Source of the DNA: an uncultured delta proteobacterium
GTDB taxonomy: Bacteria > Desulfobacterota > Binatia > UBA9968
DNA length: 64,000 nt
Direction: 5' to 3'
NCBI GenBank assembly: GCA_963745035.1
Contig: CAVUVW010000006.1
Location: 24,006-88,005, forward strand
Every line of letters begins with the position of its first letter. Position 1 is the stretch's first letter. Positions 30,971 to 41,826 of this stretch are shown here, piece after piece. Below the pieces are notes generated by a model. It saw only the letters and a list, made by a program, of their open reading frames with translations, was not told where the DNA came from and did no database searches. Made by a program: the position numbers and the translations under genes.

Positions 30971-32418
30971 TTAGGCTGTTCGCGTCGGAAACGCCGGGGG
31001 AATGATCTGCTCGACGTTGCGGCCGTTCCAGTCGCGCGCGGACCAGTTGTCCCAGGCGCGCTTGGCTCCCGCTTCGGCTTGGGCGAACAATTCATTGTCA
31101 TCGATGCGGGTCGAGTGGCCGTTTTCGATCACGACTTCGCCGTCGACGAGAACTGTTTCGATATCCGCGCCACTGCCGTACTCAACGAGCGCATTGATTG
31201 GATCGCGCGCGGGACCGTAGCGGGTCGTACGCAGATTGATGATAACGACATCGGCTTTGGCCCCCGGAGCGAGCCGGCCCAAATCCGAGCGGCCGAGAGC
31301 GGTAGCTCCGCCGATAGTAGCGGCGTCGAAAACATCCGCGGCGCGCGCTCCGGCGGCGTTTCTGTCCACCAATCGCGAAATCAGGGATGCGTAGCGCATC
31401 TCTGACACAATATCGAGCGGGTAGGTATCCGTCCCAAGCCGATGCGCACTCCCGCGGCGAGATACTGATCGAAAGATTCCATGGCGAAGGCCATCTTGGC
31501 GCACTTGTGCGGGCAGTGGCCGATGGTCGCGCCGGTCTCGGCGAGGATCTTGAGCTCGTCGCCGCGCGGATAATCGACGCGCGAATGGCCACCCGTTATC
31601 GCCATGTGGCCAAGCGTGGTACGCGGCCCGAGAATGCCGGTATCGGCCAAATACTCCGCTACCGGCTTGCGATATTTGTTCAGGATCTCGAGAAACTCGC
31701 GAAAGTTGCCGCCGGCATGAATGTGAATCGGCACGTCCAGTTCTTTGGCCGCGGCAACACTCTCCTTAAGCAGAGACGGCTCGCAAGTTTCTGCTTGCGC
31801 AGGATTCAAAATCCCTTGCATGCGGCCGTTGTGAGCGCCGTGGAATTTCTTGATGAACTCCACGGCGTTCTTTAGTCCCGGTCGTCCTTTGTCCGCCCGC
31901 TCCTCGTAATAGTGGCGCCCCTCGGCATCGGTGAAAATATCATGGCTGCGAAACGGCGGGCTGAAAAATACCCGTCCGCCTGTCTGCCCGACGATGGCGA
32001 CGTAATCATCCAGCGCGCCAGGTCCTCCGCCCGGATCCAAGACGGTGGTCGCCCCGTTGCGCAGTGCGCTGTAGAGCGCATATTTGCGCCCAAGCGCGAC
32101 CGCCGGCGGCGCCGGCGCTTCGACCTTTTCTTTCAGCGGCGCGCCAAAAACAAACCAGTTCGCCGCCAAATAATCCTTCTTGGTGACATCGGTGAGCAGA
32201 TAATCGCCGACGTTGAGCTGCGAATGCACATGGAGGTTGACGAAGCCGGGGCAAACAATTTTGCCGGAAGCGTCGATGATTCGATCGGCAGTCTGAGACT
32301 TGTCCGTACCGACTGACTGTATCTTGTCGTTCTCGATCAGGACGGAACCGTTGGGAACAATTTCATGGCCGGCCCCCGACCAACCCACTACGACACCGCC
32401 GTCAATGCGTGTTTTCAT
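30971..32418 (-). CDS. Amidohydrolase (chlorohydrolase/SsnA-like), frameshift near 31430
   Basis: PGFVNLHVH, IHIHAG, LGTD and GRLAPGAKAD motifs. Confidence 0.85.
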
Positions 32419-32615
32419 AATAATGTCCTTCTTTGAATCACACTACGGTCTCAGCTTCACACGCGCTATGGGCGAATGCTCCTTGCCATGATCGTATGTC
32501 GCCAAGTTCCCGGTTTCCTCCTCCCTCCGAGAGAGCGAGAATGAAGCATTTCTTGCTTCGAAGTTGCCGCTGCGATTAGGTTCGAAAGTACTAAACAGGC
32601 AAAACGTGCCATTAA

Positions 32616-32990
32616 TTATTTGAACTCGATGCCTTTCGCCTTGAGAATCTCTTGGAGCGTCTCGACGCCGGCCCAGAGACCGGGCATGCCGCCCGGAATC
32701 GCCGCAACCTCCATCGCTTCCATTATTTCCTTGGGCGTGGCGCCCATGGTCAGCGCGCGCTCACTGTGCAGTCGGATGCCGCGCGGGCGGAGCAGCGCGC
32801 AGCAGATGCCGACCATGATCAGTTCCTTGGTTTTGCGCGGTAGCGCGCCTTCCCGACCGAAAGTGCCATCGACGTAGAGGCCTTTGAGCTTTTCGAAATA
32901 CTCGGGATCGAGCTTGGCGATGATGTCGTACGCGTTGTTCTCGGAGCCGAGACCGACTTTCTTAAAGGCTTCCTTCGCTTCGTCCGCCAT
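32616..32990 (-). CDS. Carboxymuconolactone decarboxylase/AhpD-like protein
   Basis: LPRKTKELI...H..RA...GAT..EI.E motif. Confidence 0.85.
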   Translation of the reverse strand: MADEAKEAFKKVGLGSENNAYDIIAKLDPEYFEKLKGLYVDGTFGREGALPRKTKELIMVGICCALLRPRGIRLHSERALTMGATPKEIMEAMEVAAIPGGMPGLWAGVETLQEILKAKGIEFK

Positions 32991-33175
32991 GTTTCATTTT
33001 CCTCCAGGTTTCTCAAAGGCCGTGCTCTTACAAGCCTCACGTTGGTATGAATCCAAGCCTTCATCGCCCCCACGTAGGCACGTATGAGCGGAGTAGGATT
33101 TCTCCCTTACGGTCGAAATGACAACGCGTGTACTCCGTCTTCTCTTTGCGTACTCTGCGTTCTCTGCGGTTAATT

Positions 33176-34864
33176 TCAATCTTTCCTGGTGTTTTGACCG
33201 ATGACGACGTCGACCAACGCCGGGCCGTTTTGTTCCAGCGCGCGCTTGATCGCCGGCTCGATGGCGTCCGGCTCTTCGACCCGTTGGCCATAGATGCCGA
33301 ACGTGTCCGCCAGTCGCGCAAAATTGATTTCCGGACCGACCAGTTCGGCGCCCATGTCCGCGGCGATGCGAATTCTTTCCTCCGAGCCGCGAAACTGATT
33401 TTTCACCGCCATGTAGGCGCGATTGTTGAACACGAACACAACCAGCGGCACGCGATACTTCGCCAAGGTCCAGAGCCCTTGCAAGCCGAACATGCTGCTG
33501 CCGTCGCCGAGGCAGGCCACCACACGCCTTTTCGGCGCGGCGAGCTTGGCGCCGATGGCAGCGCCCAATCCCCAACCGAGATAGCCTCCCGAAGAGTTGG
33601 AAAAATAAGACCGGCCAGATGAGAAGTTGAAGTTAGCCATTAGAATGTCTTTGCTCGTCGGGCTCTCGTTGACGACTAGCGTGTCTTTCTCGAGCAGCCG
33701 GTCCATCGTGCGTGCCAGGCGGGCCGCGCTGATCGGCTTGCTATCCCAGCCTTGTTTTACTCTCCCCTCCAGCTCCGCTTTCACCTGCTCTTGGGCTTTC
33801 TTGATTGTCGCGAGCCGCTCCTCTCGTCCGTCCGCTGCGCCGGCAACTTTTGGATAGATCTCGAGCAACGCGCGCAGCGCGCTCTTGCCGTCGGCGATGA
33901 TACCGAGATCGACCGGGAAGACTTTGCCGATTTCCCAGGGATCTTCTTCGATGTGAATGCAACGCGTTTCGGGTTTGATCACCGGCTCGGGCAGATAGCG
34001 ATACTCGCGGATCAAACGGCAGCCGATGGCGAGAATCACATCCGGCTCGCCCCAAACCGGCAAATCGAAGGCGGGATTGCGCTCAGCGATCTGAAAGCTC
34101 TGCGGATGGTCGGTGGGAAAGCTCAGAAAAGAGTACCGCGGCTCCATCACCACAGGGGCGCCGAGCAGTTCGGCGAACTTGATCAGCTCCTCCGTGCCGC
34201 CCGCCTTGGCGACGCCGCTGCCGGCAACGATCAGCGGGCGCTTGGCTGCGGCAATCATCTTTGCCGCTTCCTCGATCGATTCCGGATCGGCGGCTATGCG
34301 CGGGCGCACCCGCGAACGCTCGGCGGACGGATTCTTCACCTCGATGGTGTCGCCGAGCAAATTGCTCGGGAGCGATAAATAGACCGGGCCGGTGGGCGGC
34401 GTCGCCGCGACTTTGAAGGCGCGATTCAAAAATTCCGGGATGCGATCGGCGCGATGCACTTCCGCGCTCCACTTGGTGAACTGCTTGGTCATTTCGACCA
34501 AGTCCTTACCTTCCGTATGCGAGTCGCGGCCGGTGATCCGGGTATCCACGTGGGTCGAGGTGACGATCACCGGCGAACGGTCACGGTAAGCATCGTAGAG
34601 CGCGCCGACGGCGTTGCAGGAACCCGGCAAAGTGCTCACCTGCGCGATCGACGGCTGCCCGGTGACCCGCGCGTAGCCGTCCGCCATCGACACCACACAT
34701 GTCTCATGCAGGGCGAGCACGAAGCGGACTTTCTCCTGGTCGGCGATCGTGCCGATAAATTCCTGGCCGCTCGTTCCCGGCAAGCCGAATACGTAATCGA
34801 CACCGTGGTCGACCGCGACCTCGAGATAGGCCTGCGCCGCCGTTTTTTGACCATTGTCAGCCAT
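33176..34864 (-). CDS. ThDP-dependent enzyme (benzoylformate decarboxylase-like)
   Basis: FGLPGT, LHE..VVSMADGYAR and GDGS...NN motifs. Confidence 0.9.
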   Translation of the reverse strand: MADNGQKTAAQAYLEVAVDHGVDYVFGLPGTSGQEFIGTIADQEKVRFVLALHETCVVSMADGYARVTGQPSIAQVSTLPGSCNAVGALYDAYRDRSPVIVTSTHVDTRITGRDSHTEGKDLVEMTKQFTKWSAEVHRADRIPEFLNRAFKVAATPPTGPVYLSLPSNLLGDTIEVKNPSAERSRVRPRIAADPESIEEAAKMIAAAKRPLIVAGSGVAKAGGTEELIKFAELLGAPVVMEPRYSFLSFPTDHPQSFQIAERNPAFDLPVWGEPDVILAIGCRLIREYRYLPEPVIKPETRCIHIEEDPWEIGKVFPVDLGIIADGKSALRALLEIYPKVAGAADGREERLATIKKAQEQVKAELEGRVKQGWDSKPISAARLARTMDRLLEKDTLVVNESPTSKDILMANFNFSSGRSYFSNSSGGYLGWGLGAAIGAKLAAPKRRVVACLGDGSSMFGLQGLWTLAKYRVPLVVFVFNNRAYMAVKNQFRGSEERIRIAADMGAELVGPEINFARLADTFGIYGQRVEEPDAIEPAIKRALEQNGPALVDVVIGQNTRKD

Positions 34865-34961
34865 TAAAAATCACTCCTTCTATCAATCTCGCAAAACACC
34901 CCTCTTCGTTCAAAGTTGCAGGTTAAAGTTTTAAATTATGATTTCGCAGGTTATCCGCATT

Positions 34962-35795
34962 TTACAAGCCAAAAAGATTCCGCGCGTTTCCCAGAAGCAG
35001 TTTCTCCTTTACGGAGTCTTTGAACCCCATCTTATCGAAGCTCGCCAGCGCTTTCGCCAAATCGACATAAGGAAAGTCCGTCCCGAACAGCGCCTTGTCC
35101 TGAAGCCGGCCGCCGATCGCCTTTTGAAAAATCTCCGGTAGCTGCTCTGCTAAATAACCGGACGTATCGACGTAAAGGTTTTTCTTGTGCGTCACCACGC
35201 CGATGGTTTCCTCGACCCAGGGCCAACCGGGATGGGCGGCGAGGATTTTCATGCGCGGGAAATCCTTCGCCAAAGTATCGAGATGGATGGGACGACCGTA
35301 ATCCAGTCCGATGCCGCTGCCGCCCTCGGTGTTGGCGCCAAGCACGGTGAAACCGATATGAAACATTGCCGGTTTCCGGCCGGCCTGAATAACTTCCCAG
35401 ATGTTGTAATATCTTTTATCGCTCGGATAAAAACCTTGATCGGGGGGATGAAACTTAAAACCGACCACTTTAGGATTCCGCACCATCTCTTCGGCATAGC
35501 GGGCGACTGCAAGTAAATCGTGGGCGTGGGTGTCGAGCGACGCGAGCACCCCGGCAAAAGACTTCGGATAGTGGGTTGCAAGATCCATCGCGTGCTCGTT
35601 GGAATTGCGCGCTCCTTCCTTCACCGTCGACGGATGCCAGCCGATCAGCAATGCTTTCACGTCATGCTGCAAATACAGATCGGCAAATCCATCCGCCGTC
35701 TGCGGGACTTCACTCAAATCGCGGCGAAAATAGTTGCACGCGTGCGTATCGAGGCCGCGGGTGCTCGGGTGCACGTGAACGTCAATGGCGCGCAT
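34962..35795 (-). CDS. Amidohydrolase_2 family protein
   Basis: IDVHVH, KFHP, AHPGWPW and FGTDFP motifs. Confidence 0.9.
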   Translation of the reverse strand: MRAIDVHVHPSTRGLDTHACNYFRRDLSEVPQTADGFADLYLQHDVKALLIGWHPSTVKEGARNSNEHAMDLATHYPKSFAGVLASLDTHAHDLLAVARYAEEMVRNPKVVGFKFHPPDQGFYPSDKRYYNIWEVIQAGRKPAMFHIGFTVLGANTEGGSGIGLDYGRPIHLDTLAKDFPRMKILAAHPGWPWVEETIGVVTHKKNLYVDTSGYLAEQLPEIFQKAIGGRLQDKALFGTDFPYVDLAKALASFDKMGFKDSVKEKLLLGNARNLFGL

Positions 35796-36985
35796 CGGCT
35801 CTCCTTGCGAGGAACCCGGCCACCCAGGGATTCGCTTGCCCATCTTTGAAAAAGGTCTGCGTTGTCTTCGGCCATCGCGCGCAATAGCTCGGGCGCCGTC
35901 ATGCCGTTGGCGATCGCGCTGTTAACGGTCTGAAGATCGTTCAACACCGCCGCCGCGCCCAGCTCGTCGATTTCCGCCAGCGGCCCGCGGGGAAATTTGA
36001 GTCCTTCGGTGGAAATGAAATCCACCGTCGCCGGGGCCTCGCCCAATTCCACCGTTCGCGCCGCGGCCAAGCGAACCGACGTGATCAACGCGAGCTTCGC
36101 GATCGAAGGCGATAATTCGGCGCCACGCTTTTCGACCAACTCATAGATCGCTGGGTTGGGCTTTTGATCGACATAAAATAGTGGATTGCCTTTCGCCAAC
36201 GCCGCAAGCAGCTTCGACGATCGCAGAAACTCATCTCCGCGAAATTCGTACATCACGCGAGTCACATCCTCCACGATCGAAGGTTTCCAACTGTCGAAAC
36301 TGAACAAAGGCGGCAGTGCGCGCAGCTCTTTGGCTGCCCCGTCAACTGTCTCGATCGTCGCACCCGATTCGACGAGCCTCAGCGCCATCACCGCGTAAAC
36401 CATCAAGACACTGTTCGACACAAAGCCCGAAATGTCCTTAGTCTCGATCGGCTTTCGACCGAGGTCGGCGAGAAAGGACATCAAGACCCCGTGGTTCGCA
36501 TCGTTCATGTCGCCCCTGACGACCTCGACCATCTGTGTGTAAAGCACGGGATTGAAGAAGTGCGTGGTCGCGAATCGATCTCTAGGATAGTCGCCATCGC
36601 CAACGAGACTGGCGCGCGTGAGCGACGATGTATTCGTCGTGAGAATTCCGCCGAAACGGTTGTCGTGGAGCGCCCTATAAACAATCTTCTTCGTTTTTCC
36701 GGATTCCGAAACTGCTTCCGTGATGAGATCCGCAGCCGCCATGTCGGCCAAATTGGTAGCCGGCACGAGACCATTGGTCACGTTGGCAATCTCGGCATCG
36801 GAGATCCGGTTTCTTCTTTTTAAGCGCTCGATGGTTTGATCGCGCCGCACGGGAATTCTATTCATCGCCGCTTCGGCCGCATCGTAGATCAAAGTTTGAT
36901 AGCCTTTTTGAGCGTAGAGAAAGGCAATGTCGAAGCCCATGACGCCGAGGCCGAGCACGCCGACGGTTTTGACCGCATCAATCAT
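35782..36985 (-). CDS. 3-hydroxyacyl-CoA dehydrogenase family protein (C-terminal frameshift)
   Basis: GLGVMG, EAVSE, TNTSSL, HFFNP and GFVSN motifs. Confidence 0.88.
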
Positions 36986-37009
36986 CGAATTGGCTTCGTC
37001 TCAAAAGGT

Positions 37010-37879
37010 TCACAGTAAATTTTCCACCAGATCCGTCGGTCTGAGATCCTTAGCCCGCGGATCCTGCAACGCGACCTCTTTCAGTATCGACTCTATGGAG
37101 CTTATCGATGGCGCCAAGGTCGGCTCGAACTCTGCGGCAAACAGGCGGTAACACTTCTCGACGACCGCCGGATGGTCGGCGAGAGCCGGAAGGTGACGGC
37201 TTATTTCCTTGATGGTTTCCTGCGGCTGGCTTTTGAACAAGCGGGCGCTCTCGGCATATACCGAAGCAATTTTTCTGGCTGTGTCCCGGTTCTCGCGCAG
37301 GAAGCGGCGCGTCGTGGCAAGCGGCACCCAGTGACAGTCGAGATCCAGGCTGTCGGCAATAATGCGCAGGCCCAAGGCCTCTGCCAGAAACGCTTTCTCC
37401 GGCGGTAAGAGCGCGGCATCGATCTTCTTTTCCAGCAACACCTCGTAGCTCCGGTCGTTGACGCCGGAATCGACCACTTTCAAATCGCGCTCGATGACAA
37501 AGCCCCATTTGCGCAAGAGCGCCAGCATCACCATCCCGGCCATGCGCTTCGGCTCATTGATGCCGACGCGCTTGCCTTTGAGGTCCGCGACCGTCTCCAC
37601 ATTCGGACCGGCGGCGAGATAGAACGCAGGCCGGTTGAGCACCCCGCCGATGATGACGATGTCGCTGCCATCGAGGACGGAAAAGATTAATGACGGAGCA
37701 TTGGGAGTGCCGATCGGAGTCGCACCGGACACGATGTCCGGCACCGCCCGCTCTTCATCACGTTGATTGACGATCTCGACCGGAATGCTCTCCCGTTCGA
37801 AAAGCCCGGCCGCCTTGCCGATCAGCGGCAGAAATCGCCCGATGCTGGAAACCCCGATGCCGATTTTGATTGGCTCCAC
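37010..37879 (-). CDS. NMT1/SsuA-type solute-binding protein
   Basis: GLFERE and DLKGKRVGI motifs. Confidence 0.8.
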   Translation of the reverse strand: MEPIKIGIGVSSIGRFLPLIGKAAGLFERESIPVEIVNQRDEERAVPDIVSGATPIGTPNAPSLIFSVLDGSDIVIIGGVLNRPAFYLAAGPNVETVADLKGKRVGINEPKRMAGMVMLALLRKWGFVIERDLKVVDSGVNDRSYEVLLEKKIDAALLPPEKAFLAEALGLRIIADSLDLDCHWVPLATTRRFLRENRDTARKIASVYAESARLFKSQPQETIKEISRHLPALADHPAVVEKCYRLFAAEFEPTLAPSISSIESILKEVALQDPRAKDLRPTDLVENLL

Positions 37880-37885
37880 CGATAG

Positions 37886-39027
37886 CTACTCTTTCTTCCC
37901 CTCCCGCCCTTTCATGATCTCTTTGATGAGATTGAACATCGGCGTCATGTCGGCGTACTTCGGATCGGAAACGTCGAAGTATTTCTTGCCGGGCTGCAAA
38001 CGCATGACGGGCACGAGCGTATCCTTTGGAATATCTATTCTTCGCGAATTCGGCGCATCTTCGCCATAAAGATCCTGATATTTTTGCAGGGCGATCTGGC
38101 CCCGGCGGGAAAGAAACCAGTTGATGAACACTTTCGCCGCGTTTGGATTAGGCCCGCCCTTGATGAGGCTCATCGAGCCGCCGCCGGAAGTGAGTTGAAT
38201 GCCCTCTTTCCACTCGACGTTGTCGAGCTCGTCGACAGGCAATCCCTGGCTCTTCGCGCGCGCCGTGTCCCGGCAACCGACGCAGAGCGCGTATCTTCCT
38301 TGCGCCAGCCAATCGGTAATCTGACGGCGGTCCCTGCCAAACGTCGGCTGCATATCGCCGAATACTTTCCTGATATAGTCCGCGCCCAGATCGGGATGAT
38401 AATAAAAGAATTGCATCGACGCTCCGAGACCCGTGCCCGACGGTTCCTGAGAAACGTACTTTCCTTTCCACCGCGGCGTGACCAAATCCCAGTAGGATTT
38501 GAACTCCTTCGGATTCACCAGATTGGTATTGTAATAAAAGCCCGACGATGAAGGCATGGCAATATAGATCAAGACGTGGCGTTGCTCGGGGTCCGTATAT
38601 CGGTGCCGCCCTTCGTACCATTTACTCTCGTCGAGCACCTCGGGCAGGATCAGCGTCGACTTTGATCGAATCGAGCGCTTTGCCTTCATAGAGTATTTCG
38701 TAGTTGGTATTGGCGCCGCCGCTGAACAGATCGGCGAGCACATTGCCGGCGCGCATTTCGGAAATGATCCGGGTTCCTAAAGTGTTGCCGGCGCCGTTTA
38801 CCGTAACGAATTTGATCTCGGGAAACTCCTTGCGGAACTCATTGAGAAGCGGCTCGCTGCCATAGCGGCCGACATAGAAATTCAACTTCCCTTCCTTCTT
38901 TGCCGCGGCGACGAGTCTTTTCCCAGGTCGTTTGCCAAGCCGGCTTTCCCTCTGCGGAGAATACCGAGCCCGGCGGATGTCAGATGAAGCCGCAAAGCAA
39001 TAGGACAAGGCTAACCATCGCTTTCAT
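37886..39027 (-). CDS. Extracellular solute-binding protein, paralog 1 (frameshifted)
   Basis: AAKKEG, YNTNLV, PNAAKVFINWFLS..GQ motifs. Confidence 0.8.
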
Positions 39028-39029
39028 GA

Positions 39030-40184
39030 TCATTTTCCCTCGCGCCCTTTCATGAATTCCTTGGCCAGCTGAAAGATCGGCGTCATGTCGGAATACTTCG
39101 GGTCGGAGAAGTCGAAATAACGTCTGCCTTCCACCAGCCGGCTGCTGGCCGGCAGCATATCTTTGGGAATATCGATGCGCCGCGAATTCGGCGGATCCTC
39201 GTTATAGAGATCTTCATATTTTTGCAGGGCAATCTGGCCGCGGCGCGACAAGAACCAGTTGATAAAGACCTTGGCGGCGTTGGGGTGCGGTCCACCCTTG
39301 ATGAGACCGAGAGAACCGCCGCCGGAAGAAATATGAGCGCCTTCCTTCCAATCGACCATGTCCATCTCGTTCACCGGCAATCCCTGCTTGCTGGCCTTTT
39401 CGGTATCGCGGCAACCCATGCAGAGCGCATATTTGCCCTGGGCCAGCCAGTCGGTCATCTGGCGCCGGTCTCTTGAATAGACCGGCTGCTGATCGACGAA
39501 TAGCTTGCGCAAAAATTCCGGCCCGAGCTCCGGGTGATAATAGAAAAATTGCAGTGACGGACCGATGCCGGTGCCGGAGGGCTCTTGGGAGACGAATTTC
39601 CCTTTCCATTTAGGCTCGACCAGATCCCAAAAAGATTTGAAATCTTTCGGATTGACCAGGTTGGTGTTGTAATAAATGCTCGCGGAAGTCGGATTGGCGA
39701 TGTAGATGAACACGTGCTGCTGTTCCGGATCGTTGTAGCGATGCTTGCCCCCGAACCACTTGGACTCGTCGAGCACTTCCGGCAAAATCAACGCCGAGCG
39801 AATCGAGTCGAGCACCTTTCCTTTGTAGAGTATCTCGAAATTCGTCACCGCGCCGCCACTGTAGAGATCCGCGACGACGTTGCCGGCGCGAGCTTCGGAT
39901 ACGATGCGCGTGCCCAATGAGTTGCCGGCGCCGTTGGTGCTGACAATTTTGATTTCCGGGAATTCCTTGCGAAAATCGTTGAGGAGTTTTTCGCTGCCGT
40001 AGCGTCCCACATAGAAATTCAGTCGCCCTTCTTTCTTCGCTGCGGCAACCGTATTGTCCCAAGTTCACTTGCCAAGAGGATGGCTTTGCGTCCGCTGCGA
40101 TCAGCGACTTCAAGGACGAATCACAAATCCCAAGCAGGACGAACACCGAAACTGCAAGTATGAAGACTTTCCGATCCGGTTCAT
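39030..40184 (-). CDS. Extracellular solute-binding protein, paralog 2 (frameshifted 5' part)
   Basis: Highly similar to paralog 1. Confidence 0.8.
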
Positions 40185-40390
40185 GACTGATCCCAAAAAC
40201 GCTGCTCGCCTGAATATTCGCGATTCCGGGCATCATCGCCAATCCGGTGAAAACCGGGTCCATCCCCAATCCGTTTACTTAAACTGGATACCGTTTTTCA
40301 ACGTTGACGTACACTGTCCATCACCTGGATGCCGGCGTCCGCCGCATGACGAAGTTCACTTGCGTCAAGGGCCGGGTTTCAAATCCGCCC

Positions 40391-41525
40391 CTACTTCTTT
40401 CCCGCCAAGATTTCGTCCAGCAGTTTCATCGCCGGTGTGAGATCCTTCGTGTCGGGATCGTCGGTATCGAAATAGGTCATTTTATCGCGTCGCTGCTCCT
40501 CCGCCGGTACATGATCTTTAGGAACATCGACACGCCGCGAATTTCGCGGGTCGCCGGGCTGCGATATGACTTTCTGAAATAGCGTCTGCCCCTCGCGCGA
40601 CAACAGCCAATTGATGAACACCTTGGCAGCATTCGGATGAGGCGCGCGATTCAACAACGCGAGCGAGCCGAAGGCGGAAGACAAATTCACCCCTTCCTTG
40701 AAGTGAAAGGCGCTGAACTCGTTTACCGCCAATCCTTGATTTTTTGCCTTGTAAACGGTTCCCCCTTGAATCGGCATGCCCACGGAAAATTTTCCTGTGG
40801 CCAGCCAGTCGATGGCCTGACGGAGGTCGGCGACCATCATGACGTCCATCTCGCCGAACAAGCGGCGCAGATATTTCGGTCCGAGATCGGGGTGGTAGTA
40901 AAGAAACTGCCACGGGATGCCCGCGCCGCGTACTCTGCGAATATCGGTGGAAAGAATTTTTCCCTTGAGTTTGGGATTGAGGAGATCCCAATACGTTTTG
41001 TACTCGTTCGGATCGATCAATTGCGTGTTATAAGCCGCGCCCGCGCCGGCCGCTACGTTGCCCTCGTAAACAAAAATATGTTGGCCCTCTTTGTCGGCGT
41101 ACTTCTGCTTGCCCTCCCACCATTTCGTCGCATCCGTGACCTCGGGCAGAATCAAGGCCGGCTTGATCGGATCGAGCACCTTGCCGAGATGGAGAACCTG
41201 GAACAGTGAATTTCCCCCGCCGTTGTAAACGTCGACGAGATACTTGCCGGCCCGCCGCTCCGCAATAATGCGCTGAGTGAGGTCGGTGCCGGCACCGGTA
41301 ATGTGAGTTACCTTGATCTTGGGATAAGTTTTTTGAAACACGCCGGCATCGACAATCGCCCCGTACCCGCCGATCGAGACCGTGACCTGTCCTTCCTGCT
41401 CAGCGGCGCGAACCGTTTTATCCCATTCGGCTTGCCAGGATGCTTTCGACTCGGCGGCGAGAATGAGTCGGGTAGAGCCAATGATGAAAAAATGCCAGCA
41501 AGAGAACGCAGATGAGAGCTTTCAT
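40391..41525 (-). CDS. Extracellular solute-binding protein, paralog 3 (frameshifted 5' part)
   Basis: APHPNAAKVFINWLLSREGQ motif. Confidence 0.8.
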
Positions 41526-41650
41526 CGAAAATAATTCTCCTCGGAGAAACGATTACCATAAAGTGACTCGTAAGCGTAGATCGCGCGCCGTGACGAAATG
41601 GATCTCCGAAAATTTTCCACGATGGTCATTCCCGATGCATCGTTTGTTTG

Positions 41651-41757
41651 AATCGCCTGTTACCCTCGATGGGGAAAGGACGGGATAGGCGGTGCTCGAG
41701 AAACTGATTAAAAGATCACCCCTACCTTTATCCTTCCTCCAGTCAAGGGGAAGGATT
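41651..41757. repeat. Palindromic CCCT..GGGGAAGG repeat
   Basis: Inverted pair; a related copy lies at 52064-52155. Confidence 0.6.
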
Positions 41758-41826
41758 TTCCGGAATTTCTCGCTCTGGGTCCGTCGCCGCGTAACCATCA
41801 TGTGCTCTACAAAGCTTCTTTTATGT